From Bacillota bacterium (GTDB taxonomy: Bacteria > Sysuimicrobiota > Sysuimicrobiia > Sysuimicrobiales > Segetimicrobiaceae), in assembly GCA_021324255.1 (NCBI GenBank), contig JAJPJL010000050.1, positions 2,836 through 66,835 on the forward strand: a stretch of DNA of 64,000 nucleotides, read 5' to 3'. How positions within the stretch are numbered: the first letter of the stretch is position 1; each line of letters starts with the position of its first letter. Under the pieces are notes generated by a model. It saw only the letters and a list, made by a program, of their open reading frames with translations, had not been told where the DNA came from and searched no databases. The position numbers and the translations under genes were made by a program. Of this stretch, positions 9,894 through 18,409 are shown one piece after another.

Positions 9894-10940
9894 GTGCATG
9901 GGGGGCGCCCCGGGGCAGGTGTGGTCGTGAGAGTTGTTGTGACCGGCGGCGCGGGATTCATCGGCAGCCACGTCGTGGATCTCCTTGTCGATCGCGGCTT
10001 CGACGTCATCGTGATCGACGACCTGAGTACGGGACGGGCGGACAACCTGGTCCGGCACCGGCGGAACTCGAGGGTGCAGCTCCACCAAATCGACGTCGCC
10101 GCCCTTGCCCCACCTTCCCCGGTGTTTGCCGGCGTCGACTACGTGTTTCATCTGGCGGGGCGCGGCGACATCGTGCCGTCGATCGAGCGTCCGCTCGACT
10201 ACATGCGTGTCAACGTGACCGGCACGCTCGCCGTGCTGGAGGCGGCGCGATGGGCCGGGGCGCGCAAGGTGGTCTACGCCGCGTCCTCGTCCTGCTATGG
10301 ATCGCGTCCACCCGTGCCGACCGATGAGAGCGCGCCCATTGTCGCCGAGTATCCGTACGCGCTGAGCAAGTATCTCGGGGAGTGCGCCGTGCTTCACTGG
10401 GGCCGGGTCTACGGGTTGCCCGTGACGTCGATCCGCATCTTTAATGCCTTCGGGCCGCGAGCGCGAACCCGCGGCGCCTACGGGGCGGTGTTCGGCGTGT
10501 TCCTGGCGCAAAAGTTGAAGGGCCAGCCGTTCACGATCGTGGGCGACGGCAGCCAGCGGCGGGATTTCGTGTATGTCACGGATGTGGCCAACGCGTTTGT
10601 TTTGGCCGCGGAGTCGACCGACAGCGGAGAGATATTCAACCTCGGAGCGGGCAATCCGCAGAGCGTCAATCGCCTCGTCGAGTTGCTCGGAGGCGAAACG
10701 GTGCACGTCCCGAAGCGGCCGGCGGAACCAGACTGCACGTGGGCGGACATCCGCAAGATTCGAACGCGGCTCGGGTGGACTCCCCGCGTGTCGTTTGAAG
10801 AAGGAGTGGCCCGTATGCTCGAAGCCATCGACTACTGGGCGGACGCGCCGGTCTGGACGCCGGAGGCGATCCACGCCGCGACCGCGACGTGGTTTAAGTA
10901 CCTCGGACGGCAGCCCGCGACCGGGGAGGGGAACACGTGA
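9894..10940 (+). CDS. NAD-dependent epimerase/dehydratase (UDP-sugar 4-epimerase-like)
   Basis: VVVTGGAGFIGSHVVDLL and YPYALSKYLGE (YxxxK). The real start may be GTG about 9930. Confidence 0.8.
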   Translation: MHGGRPGAGVVVRVVVTGGAGFIGSHVVDLLVDRGFDVIVIDDLSTGRADNLVRHRRNSRVQLHQIDVAALAPPSPVFAGVDYVFHLAGRGDIVPSIERPLDYMRVNVTGTLAVLEAARWAGARKVVYAASSSCYGSRPPVPTDESAPIVAEYPYALSKYLGECAVLHWGRVYGLPVTSIRIFNAFGPRARTRGAYGAVFGVFLAQKLKGQPFTIVGDGSQRRDFVYVTDVANAFVLAAESTDSGEIFNLGAGNPQSVNRLVELLGGETVHVPKRPAEPDCTWADIRKIRTRLGWTPRVSFEEGVARMLEAIDYWADAPVWTPEAIHAATATWFKYLGRQPATGEGNT

Positions 10941-12472
10941 GTCCGGACTATCGGCAAAAGATCAGGACCCGCGAGGAAGTCGCCGCATTGATCGGGCCAC
11001 GGCCGCGCGCCCGCACGGTCGTCATGTGCCATGGGGCCTTTGACATTGTGCACCCGGGACACCTGCGGCATTTGACCTATGCGAAGGAGAAGGCCGACCT
11101 GCTGATCGCGAGCATTACGACCGATTTGGAGATCACCAAGGCAAACTACCGCCCGTACGTTCCCGAGGAACTGCGGGCCCTGAACCTTGCCGCCCTCGAG
11201 GTGGTCGATTTCGTGATCGTGGACCACAACGCGACGCCGATCGACAATATCCTGTATCTGCAGCCCGACTACTTCGCGAAAGGGTACGAATATTTTTCGA
11301 ACGGCATCCCCCCGAAGACGCGCGAGGAGATGGAAGCGCTCAAGACATACGGCGGCGAGATGCTCTTTACGCCCGGCGACATCGTCTATTCATCCTCGGC
11401 ACTCATCGAATCTCAGCCGCCCCGGATCGCCGTCGACAAACTGCTGATTTTGATGGAGTCGGAACGAATCAGCTTCGACGATCTGCGCCGGACCCTCGAA
11501 CGGTTCGAGGGACAGCACGTGCACGTGGTTGGCGACACCATCGTCGACAGCTATTGTTACTGCTCGCTCCTCGGGGCGACCGCAAAGTCGCCGACGCTCA
11601 GCATCCGGTTTGAGCGCAAGGATGTGTTCGCCGGCGGCGCCGCCGCGGTGGCGAAGCACATGCGCGCGACGGGCGCCGATGTGACGCTGTCCACGGTGCT
11701 GGGCGACGATGAGCCGCGCGCCTTTGTCGAGCGGGAGATGCGGAATGCCGGTGTGCGGCTCTTCCCGGTGGTCGACCGGATGCGCACGACGACCTACAAG
11801 GAGCGGTTCTTCGCCGAAGGGTACAAGATGCTCCAGGTGGACCGGCTGGACAACCGGACGGTGTCCGAGGCCGCGCTCGACGCGATTGGACGGACGCTGC
11901 GCGACGCCGCGGCCGATATTGTCGTATTCAGCGACTTCCGCCACGGTATCTTCAATCGCCAGACGATCGGACGGCTGCGCGAGAGCATTTCCCGTGATGC
12001 GCTCACCGTTGCCGACAGCCAGGTCAGCAACCGGTGGGGCAACATCTTAGACTTCACCGAGTTCGACTTGTTGACTCCCAACGAGCGCGAGGCACGGTTC
12101 GCCCTCGGCGATCAGGATTCCGTCGTGCGGCCGCTCGCGTTGAAGTTGTTTCAGGCGGCGCGGTGCCGCTGGCTGATTCTCAAGCTGGGCGAGCGGGGGT
12201 TGTTAGGATACCGGACGCCGGGGCACATGCCCCGCGAGTTCTTCACCGTGGACAGTTTCGCCGAACACGTGGCCGATCCGATCGGGGCAGGCGATGCGCT
12301 GCTCGCCTACGCCTCGCTGGCGCAACGCGTCACCGGGAACATCGTGATTGCGGCGATCCTCGGGTCCGCCGCGGCGGGGGTGTCGTGCGAGCGGCAGGGC
12401 AACGTTTCCGTCACACCCGAAGAAGTCCATCGGAAGCTCGATGCGCTCGAGAAGCACGTACAGTATCGATGA
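10937..12472 (+). CDS. Bifunctional heptose 1-phosphate nucleotidyltransferase / heptose 7-phosphate kinase (HldE-like, domains in reversed order)
   Basis: The N-terminal ~170 aa (VMCHGAFDIVHPGHLRHL...RPYVPEELRALNLAALEVVDFVIV) carries the HxGH cytidylyltransferase-like motif of HldE domain II. The C-terminal ~330 aa (HVVGDTIVDSYCY...GGAAAVAKHM...DPIGAGDALLAYAS) is a PfkB/ribokinase-like sugar kinase alignable to HldE domain I. gmhB and gmhA follow within 3 kb. Confidence 0.75.
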   Translation: MSPDYRQKIRTREEVAALIGPRPRARTVVMCHGAFDIVHPGHLRHLTYAKEKADLLIASITTDLEITKANYRPYVPEELRALNLAALEVVDFVIVDHNATPIDNILYLQPDYFAKGYEYFSNGIPPKTREEMEALKTYGGEMLFTPGDIVYSSSALIESQPPRIAVDKLLILMESERISFDDLRRTLERFEGQHVHVVGDTIVDSYCYCSLLGATAKSPTLSIRFERKDVFAGGAAAVAKHMRATGADVTLSTVLGDDEPRAFVEREMRNAGVRLFPVVDRMRTTTYKERFFAEGYKMLQVDRLDNRTVSEAALDAIGRTLRDAAADIVVFSDFRHGIFNRQTIGRLRESISRDALTVADSQVSNRWGNILDFTEFDLLTPNEREARFALGDQDSVVRPLALKLFQAARCRWLILKLGERGLLGYRTPGHMPREFFTVDSFAEHVADPIGAGDALLAYASLAQRVTGNIVIAAILGSAAAGVSCERQGNVSVTPEEVHRKLDALEKHVQYR

Positions 12473-13377
12473 GGTACCTGGTCGTCGGCTACGGGAACAT
12501 CGGAGCGAAGCGGCGGGCACTCCTGGGCGACCGCTGCATCGGCACCGTGGATCCGTACAATCCCGAGGCGGATTACGCCGACCTCGAGGCATGCCCCGCG
12601 GACCGCTACGACGCCGCCGTCCTTGCAGTGCCGAATCACGTGAAGATTCCACAACTGGAGTTCCTCCTGGATCGTGGTAAGCATGTGCTGGTCGAGAAGC
12701 CGCTCGTCTTTCCCGACGGGTCCGTCGCGGCGCGATTGGCACACACGGCGCGGGCGAACGGCGCCGTCTGGTACACGTCGTACAATTTCCGCTTCGAGCC
12801 GCATGTTGTGGCGATTCGACGGTTGCTGGCCGAGGAGGCCGTCGGGACGGTGTATCGGGTGCGCATGTTCTACGGCAACGGGACCGCGGCGAACGTCGCC
12901 GGAACGTGGCGGGATGATCATCTCGGAGTGTTGCAAGATTTGGCGAGTCACTTGATCGACCTCGCCGGGTGGGCGTTCGGCCGCTTTGGGACCGAGTTTC
13001 TGGTCTGGGCGCGGGAAGCGCATGAGCTCCGAGGCGTCGACCACTGTATCCTTGCGACGGCGGATCGCCGCGTGGTGCTCGAGTGCAGCTATTTATCGTG
13101 GAAGAACCGTTGGTCCATCGAGGTCGTCGGCTCGAGGGGCACGCTGCAGATGGAAGGATTGACCAAGTGGGGGCCGACCGTGCTCGTCGTGCAGCGTCGC
13201 CGCCTGCCAAGCGGCGTGCCTGAGGAGGAGCGCGACGTGGTGAGCCTGCCGGATCCGACCTGGGCGGCCGACATCGTGCACTTCGAGGCGATGGCGGCGG
13301 CCGGCCAGACCTCGTGCGACAATGATTTGTGGGTGTCCCGAACTCTGTTGCACGCAGCGTCATGTCCGTTGAGTTGA
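12469..13377 (+). CDS. Gfo/Idh/MocA-family NAD(P)-dependent oxidoreductase (nucleotide-sugar dehydrogenase/oxidase-like)
   Basis: MRYLVVGYGNIGAKRRALL is an N-terminal Rossmann segment, and VEKPL is the family signature. ATG 12469 overlaps the upstream stop (ATGA). Confidence 0.75.
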   Translation: MRYLVVGYGNIGAKRRALLGDRCIGTVDPYNPEADYADLEACPADRYDAAVLAVPNHVKIPQLEFLLDRGKHVLVEKPLVFPDGSVAARLAHTARANGAVWYTSYNFRFEPHVVAIRRLLAEEAVGTVYRVRMFYGNGTAANVAGTWRDDHLGVLQDLASHLIDLAGWAFGRFGTEFLVWAREAHELRGVDHCILATADRRVVLECSYLSWKNRWSIEVVGSRGTLQMEGLTKWGPTVLVVQRRRLPSGVPEEERDVVSLPDPTWAADIVHFEAMAAAGQTSCDNDLWVSRTLLHAASCPLS

Positions 13378-14681
13378 CGTCCGTGGCGGCGAGACCGACC
13401 GGCTTCGTCGGGCTCTCGCACCTTGGGATCGTCTGCGGCATCGGCTGGGCGTCGCTCGGGGGGCCCGTCATCGCCGTGGATCCCAGGCGCGAGGTGATCG
13501 AGGAGCTCGCCGGGGGCGGCCTGCCCATTCATGAGCCCGGACTCGGATCGCTCTGGGACGGGGTCCGTGCCTCGCTGAGGCTCACCACGGATTTCGCGGC
13601 GCTGCGGGAGTGCCCGCTCGTGATCCTCGCGCAGGATGTGCCGACGGCCGAGGACAATCGGAGCGATCTCGATGCCATCCATAGGCTCATCGATCGAATC
13701 CTGCCCCACCTCCGCCCGCAGGCGACTCTGGTCATCATGAGCCAGGTACCGGCGGGTTTCACGCGGGCGGTTGCCGGCCGCGTCCGGACGGAGTATCCCG
13801 AGCGCGACCTCGGCGTCTACTACTGGGTGGAGACCCTCGTACTCGGCCGAGCGGTGGAGCGGTATTTGCACCCGGAGCGGATCATCCTGGGATGCGAGGA
13901 TCCGGCGAAGCCATGGCCGGAGGCGCTCGCCCAGGGGCTGCGCCGGTTCGACTGTCCAGTCCTGCCGATGCGATATGAGAGCGCTGAGCTGACGAAAACC
14001 GCCATCAACCTGTATCTGGCGAGCGCGGTGACCTTCGCGAATACGCTGTCGGATCTGTGCGAACGAATCGGCGCCGACTGGTCCGAAGTGACTCCCGCTC
14101 TTCGGCTGGACGCCCGGATCGGGCCGGCCGCCTACATCCGGCCCGGGCTCGGGATCGCAGGGGGCAACCTGGAGCGGGATCTCGTGACGCTCGCAGAGCT
14201 GGCGGCCGCCCACGGCAGCGACGCCTCGTTTATCCAAGCGATCACGGCTTACAACGAACGGCGGATCCGCTGGGTGCTCGACAAGCTCGATACGCTCCTC
14301 TTTCCGGAGACGCCCCGGCCCACGATCGCTCTCTGGGGACTCGCGTACAAGAAGGGGACGCAGTCTGTGAAGAATTCTCCGGCCCTCCGCGTGATTTCAG
14401 ATCTCGCCGGCCGGGCGCTGCTCCGGGCCTATGATCCGGTGGTCGGCCGGCTTCGGGTGGATGGGGTGACCGTCGTGTCGCACCGTGACGAGGCCGCCGC
14501 CGGCGCGGATTGCCTCCTCATCATGACCGACTGGGATGAATTCGGCGCCGCGAATGTCGCAGAGCTCGGCAGGAACCTCAGGCGGCCGCTGGTCATCGAT
14601 CCCGTGGGCGCTCTGGAGCATCGTCGGGCCGAACTGAAGGGACTTCGGTACGTCTCGATGGGCCGCCCGGTCGCCGGATGA
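13362..14681 (+). CDS. UDP-glucose/GDP-mannose 6-dehydrogenase family (nucleotide-sugar 6-dehydrogenase)
   Basis: FVGLSHLGIVCGIGWA is the N-terminal NAD-binding segment. The central dimerisation and UDP-binding segments (GCEDP...ESAELTKTAINLYLA...GLGIAGGNLERD) and the C-terminal WGLAYKKGT motif are typical of the family. Confidence 0.8.
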   Translation: MSVELTSVAARPTGFVGLSHLGIVCGIGWASLGGPVIAVDPRREVIEELAGGGLPIHEPGLGSLWDGVRASLRLTTDFAALRECPLVILAQDVPTAEDNRSDLDAIHRLIDRILPHLRPQATLVIMSQVPAGFTRAVAGRVRTEYPERDLGVYYWVETLVLGRAVERYLHPERIILGCEDPAKPWPEALAQGLRRFDCPVLPMRYESAELTKTAINLYLASAVTFANTLSDLCERIGADWSEVTPALRLDARIGPAAYIRPGLGIAGGNLERDLVTLAELAAAHGSDASFIQAITAYNERRIRWVLDKLDTLLFPETPRPTIALWGLAYKKGTQSVKNSPALRVISDLAGRALLRAYDPVVGRLRVDGVTVVSHRDEAAAGADCLLIMTDWDEFGAANVAELGRNLRRPLVIDPVGALEHRRAELKGLRYVSMGRPVAG

Positions 14682-15214
14682 GCGTGGGGCGTCGCGCGGT
14701 TTTTCTCGACCGTGACGGCGTCCTCGTGGAGGAGATCGTCCGCGGGGGCCGTGCATACGCGCCCCTGCGCCTCGAGGACTTTCGCGTGGTCCCGCAGGCC
14801 GGCCGCCAGGTGGAGCGGCTCCGTGCGGCGGGGCTGACCTGCATCGTCGTGACGAATCAGCCGGACCTCGCACGCGGCGCGCTGCACCCGCACGCCCTTG
14901 AGCAAATGCATGCCCATCTGCGGACCGAGGTTCACGTGAGCGATATCTATGTATGCCCGCACGCCTCGACGGACGGGTGCGCTTGTCACAAGCCCAAGCC
15001 GGGCCTGCTGCGGGCCGCCGCGCGCAAACACGACATCGACCTTGCGCAATCGTTTCTGATCGGGGATCGGTGGCGGGACATCGGCGCGGGCCGCGCGGCC
15101 GGGTGCTTTTCGATCCTGCTGGACCGTTCCTACAGCGGCTGCGACGCCGCCGACGCGCGCGTCGGCGACCTTGGGGAAGCCGTCGACGTGATCCTCTCCC
15201 GCCTGACGGGGTGA
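14678..15214 (+). CDS. gmhB: D-glycero-D-manno-heptose 1,7-bisphosphate phosphatase (HAD family)
   Basis: AVFLDRDGVLVEE is the HAD motif I (DxDG). The zinc-binding CxH...CxC cluster (CPHASTDGCACHKPKPGLL) is characteristic of GmhB/histidinol-phosphatase-like HAD proteins. The ATGA overlap ties it to the upstream gene. Confidence 0.75.
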   Translation: MSVGRRAVFLDRDGVLVEEIVRGGRAYAPLRLEDFRVVPQAGRQVERLRAAGLTCIVVTNQPDLARGALHPHALEQMHAHLRTEVHVSDIYVCPHASTDGCACHKPKPGLLRAAARKHDIDLAQSFLIGDRWRDIGAGRAAGCFSILLDRSYSGCDAADARVGDLGEAVDVILSRLTG

Positions 15215-15217
15215 CAT

Positions 15218-15820
15218 ATGGAGTTTGTGCGCCGATATCTGAGCGACGTCAAGGCCATTGCGGACCGGCTCGACGCGGCGGCGATCGAGCGGTTGGTGGC
15301 GCAGATGGTCGACTTGCGCGACCGCGGCGGACGGCTCTTTTGCCTGGGTGTCGGAGGCGGGGCGGGACACGCCTCGCATGCGGTGAACGATTTTCGGAAG
15401 CTGGCGGGGATCGAGGCCTACTCGCCGTCCGACAATGTTTCCGAGATCACGGCGCGCATTAACGACGAGGGATGGGACACCTCCTACGCTAACTGGCTCA
15501 AGGCGAGCCGGTTAGGGCCTCGGGACGGGATCCTGGTGCTGTCCGTGGGCGGCGGCAATGTGGAAAAGGGCGTCAGCATCAACCTGGTGCGCGCGGTCGA
15601 GCTGGCCAAGGAGGTCGGCGCGCGGGTGTGGGGCATCGTGGGCCGCGATGGCGGCTTTACCGGCCAGGTTGCGGATGCGTGCGTGCTGGTCCCGAGTGTG
15701 AACCCGCAGACCGTCACGCCACACACGGAGGCCTTTCAGGCGGTCGTGTGGCATCTCATCGTTTCGCATCCGCGGCTGCGGGTGTCTTCGGCAAAGTGGG
15801 AATCGCTCGCGACGTCCTAG
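15218..15820 (+). CDS. gmhA: Phosphoheptose isomerase (SIS domain)
   Basis: GGRLFCLGVGGGAGHASHAVNDFRK...VLSVGGGN...GARVWGIVGRDGG matches the SIS-domain GmhA family. Length is ~200 aa. Confidence 0.8.
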   Translation: MEFVRRYLSDVKAIADRLDAAAIERLVAQMVDLRDRGGRLFCLGVGGGAGHASHAVNDFRKLAGIEAYSPSDNVSEITARINDEGWDTSYANWLKASRLGPRDGILVLSVGGGNVEKGVSINLVRAVELAKEVGARVWGIVGRDGGFTGQVADACVLVPSVNPQTVTPHTEAFQAVVWHLIVSHPRLRVSSAKWESLATS

Positions 15821-15831
15821 AGGGAGGGGCC

Positions 15832-16704
15832 ATGGGACGGATTGTCATCCTCGGCCACACCGGATTCATCGGCAGGGCGCTGCAACAGCACCTCCACGAT
15901 TCCGGGCGGGACGTCGTCGGCTTTTCATCGCGCACAGTTGACCTTCGACGGGCAGAGGCGCTGCGCCCGCTGGAGGATGTCATCGATCGGGACGCCATCG
16001 TGATCTTCGCGTCCACGATGACGCGCGAAAAGGGGGACACGCCGCAGACGCTTCTGGACAACGTTGCGATGGCCGCAAACCTGGGCGCGTTCGTCGAGCA
16101 ACATCCCCCCGCGCGGCTGATCTGCTTCAGTTCAGATGCGGTATATCCGATGCAAGACCGGGCGGTGAGCGAAGACACGCCCGTTGCGCCGGGCGGCACA
16201 TTCTACGCTATCGCTAAGTACGGGGCAGAGTGCGTGCTGCGGAAATCTGCGGAAGCAAAGGGGATCCCCTTGCTGGTGCTGAGGCCCACGGCCGTGTTTG
16301 GACCCGGCGACACGCACAACTCCTACGGACCCAACGCATTTCTCCGCGCGGCCGTACGTGACCGCACGGTCCGGATTTTTGGTCAGGGTGAGGAGCGCCG
16401 CGACCATCTGTACATCGGCGACCTCGTGCGCGCGGTGAAGGCTCTCGTCGACGCGGGCGTGGACGGGACATTCAATCTCGCTACCGGCGTGAGCCGATCC
16501 TTTGCCGACGTGGCCGGGGCGATCCGTCGCGTCGTACCGTTCGAGCTCGAGATCTTGTATCAACCGCGCCGGGCGCCCATCACGCACCGCGAGTTTGACG
16601 TCACGCGCCTTGTCCGGCAATTGCCGGGATTTCAATTTACCGGCTTCGACCAAGCGTTGCGCGAAACGTACGAGAGCTTCCGCGAGGTGGCGGAAGCTCG
16701 CTGA
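15832..16704 (+). CDS. NAD(P)-dependent epimerase/dehydratase/reductase (RmlD/GMER-like short form)
   Basis: MGRIVILGHTGFIGRAL...YAIAKYGAE (YxxxK). The 290-aa size fits a 4-reductase/3,5-epimerase-type SDR. ATG 15832 follows AGGGAGGGG. Confidence 0.7.
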   Translation: MGRIVILGHTGFIGRALQQHLHDSGRDVVGFSSRTVDLRRAEALRPLEDVIDRDAIVIFASTMTREKGDTPQTLLDNVAMAANLGAFVEQHPPARLICFSSDAVYPMQDRAVSEDTPVAPGGTFYAIAKYGAECVLRKSAEAKGIPLLVLRPTAVFGPGDTHNSYGPNAFLRAAVRDRTVRIFGQGEERRDHLYIGDLVRAVKALVDAGVDGTFNLATGVSRSFADVAGAIRRVVPFELEILYQPRRAPITHREFDVTRLVRQLPGFQFTGFDQALRETYESFREVAEAR

Positions 16705-16705
16705 C

Positions 16706-17359
16706 ATGCGCGAGGTCAACCTGCTCGACTCGTACCCGCGGAGCAAGCGGCCGATCCGCGAGCGCGAGGCCGCGAGGGCCGTGCAACGTGAGGTGGCCAA
16801 ACAGTTTGGACGGGAGTATTTCGACGGCGACCGGACGCAGGGATACGGCGGCTACCGCTACGACGGCCGCTGGGTCGCGGTGGCCCATCGAATGCGGGAG
16901 TACTACGGGCTCCGGGCCGGGCACCGCATCCTTGACGTGGGGTGTGCCAAGGGCTTTCTCCTCCATGATTTTCGTCGCGTGATCCCCGGCGTGGCGGTGG
17001 CCGGGCTCGACATCTCAGCCTATGCGCTTGACCATGCGATGGAAGACGTACGGCCGTTCCTGGTGCGGGGTACAGCGGACCGGCTGCCGTTTGCGGACCA
17101 GTCCTTCGACCTCGTGGTCTCGATCAATACCGTGCACAATCTGGATGCCGCGCGTTGCGCGGACGCGCTTCGCGAAATGGAGCGCGTGAGCCGCGCCCAC
17201 AAGTACGTCCAGGTGGATTCGTTTCTGACCGAGGAGCAGCGAGAAACCTTCGAGCGGTGGCAACTTACCGCCGTTACTTACTTCGATCCTGACGGGTGGC
17301 GACGGCTGTTTGCGGACAGCGGTTACACGGGTGACTACTACTGGACGATCACGGAATAG
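16706..17359 (+). CDS. Class I SAM-dependent methyltransferase
   Basis: HRILDVGCAKGFLLHDF is motif I, followed by DLVVSINTVHNL (motif II/III region). Length is ~217 aa. Confidence 0.75.
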   Translation: MREVNLLDSYPRSKRPIREREAARAVQREVAKQFGREYFDGDRTQGYGGYRYDGRWVAVAHRMREYYGLRAGHRILDVGCAKGFLLHDFRRVIPGVAVAGLDISAYALDHAMEDVRPFLVRGTADRLPFADQSFDLVVSINTVHNLDAARCADALREMERVSRAHKYVQVDSFLTEEQRETFERWQLTAVTYFDPDGWRRLFADSGYTGDYYWTITE

Positions 17360-17367
17360 CGTAGGAG

Positions 17368-18267
17368 TTGGCTGAGATGGCAATGCGAGCTGGCCACCAG
17401 TTTCAGTTGCTGTCAAGGATACTTGCTTGCCCATACTGCTGGGCCCCGCTTGCCGTCGATGGGGACGCCCTGCGATGCACTTCAACAGCTTGCGCGCGCA
17501 TGTTGCCGATTATGGACGATGTAATCCTAGTTGAAGATCGCAATCGGAATCGGTCATTCTTCGACGGCACGTTTGGACTCATGTCCGAAACAACACATCA
17601 ACCCGGGACGCGTAAAGTGTTCTACATGCCGCAAAGTAAGTGGTTGGAGGCCAGTTTGGACGAATATCTACGTCGTGGCCGCGGCGATGCCGTGCTTGTC
17701 GATGTAGGGTGTGGGCCGAGTGTGCCTTACACCCGCCGTCCACGAAATGTCTTGGTAGGAGTGGACCTATCTTACGAGGCGGTACGGCGGAATTACGACG
17801 TCGATGTGCGAGTGTACGGAGCGGCCAGTCATCTTCCGTTCGGTGACAGATCGATTGACGCAATCATTTGCTTCTACCTGTTGCACCATATCGTTGCAGA
17901 ATCGGTGGCCGAGGGCGAAAGGTGCATCCGAGAAGCCTTTGTCGAGTTCGGCCGCGTCCTTAAGCATGATGGTAGGATCTACGCGTTCGAGGTCATTCTC
18001 GGGCACCCGATGTTTCTTCTTCAACGCTTGGCATGGAATACGCTTCGGAACGTGTATCCGTCGTTGGACATGTTTTTTTGGTCAGATCGGGCTTTGCGCG
18101 AACTATCGCTCGAGTGTCTCCCGAGGGGAACCGAACTGCGCCGACACGTGTTCAAGGCATCGATGTGGGCGACATTCCCCTTCATCTTCACCCTACCGCG
18201 GTTGAAACTCCCGCGGTTTCTCTATCCCTTCGAGATCTGCGGATACGAGTGGCGTGTTTCCTGTTAG
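17368..18267 (+). CDS. Methyltransferase with N-terminal Trm112-like zinc-ribbon
   Basis: The N-terminus (LACPYCWAPL...LRCTSTACARMLPIMDDVILV) is a Trm112-like Cys4 ribbon. VLVDVGCGP is motif I of a class I methyltransferase. This gene marks the start of the lower-GC segment. Confidence 0.65.
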   Translation: MAEMAMRAGHQFQLLSRILACPYCWAPLAVDGDALRCTSTACARMLPIMDDVILVEDRNRNRSFFDGTFGLMSETTHQPGTRKVFYMPQSKWLEASLDEYLRRGRGDAVLVDVGCGPSVPYTRRPRNVLVGVDLSYEAVRRNYDVDVRVYGAASHLPFGDRSIDAIICFYLLHHIVAESVAEGERCIREAFVEFGRVLKHDGRIYAFEVILGHPMFLLQRLAWNTLRNVYPSLDMFFWSDRALRELSLECLPRGTELRRHVFKASMWATFPFIFTLPRLKLPRFLYPFEICGYEWRVSC

Positions 18268-18409
18268 CTCGAATCTTTCGCTGCGACGCGAAGCGCGGTT
18301 CGGGGCATAGTGACTGCATCCGTAGACATCCGTCCAAAACGACCCTGTCCGTACGCAGCAACCGAGGCGGGACGGCAGTCGAATCCGCACTCCAGGACGG
18401 TTAATTGAG

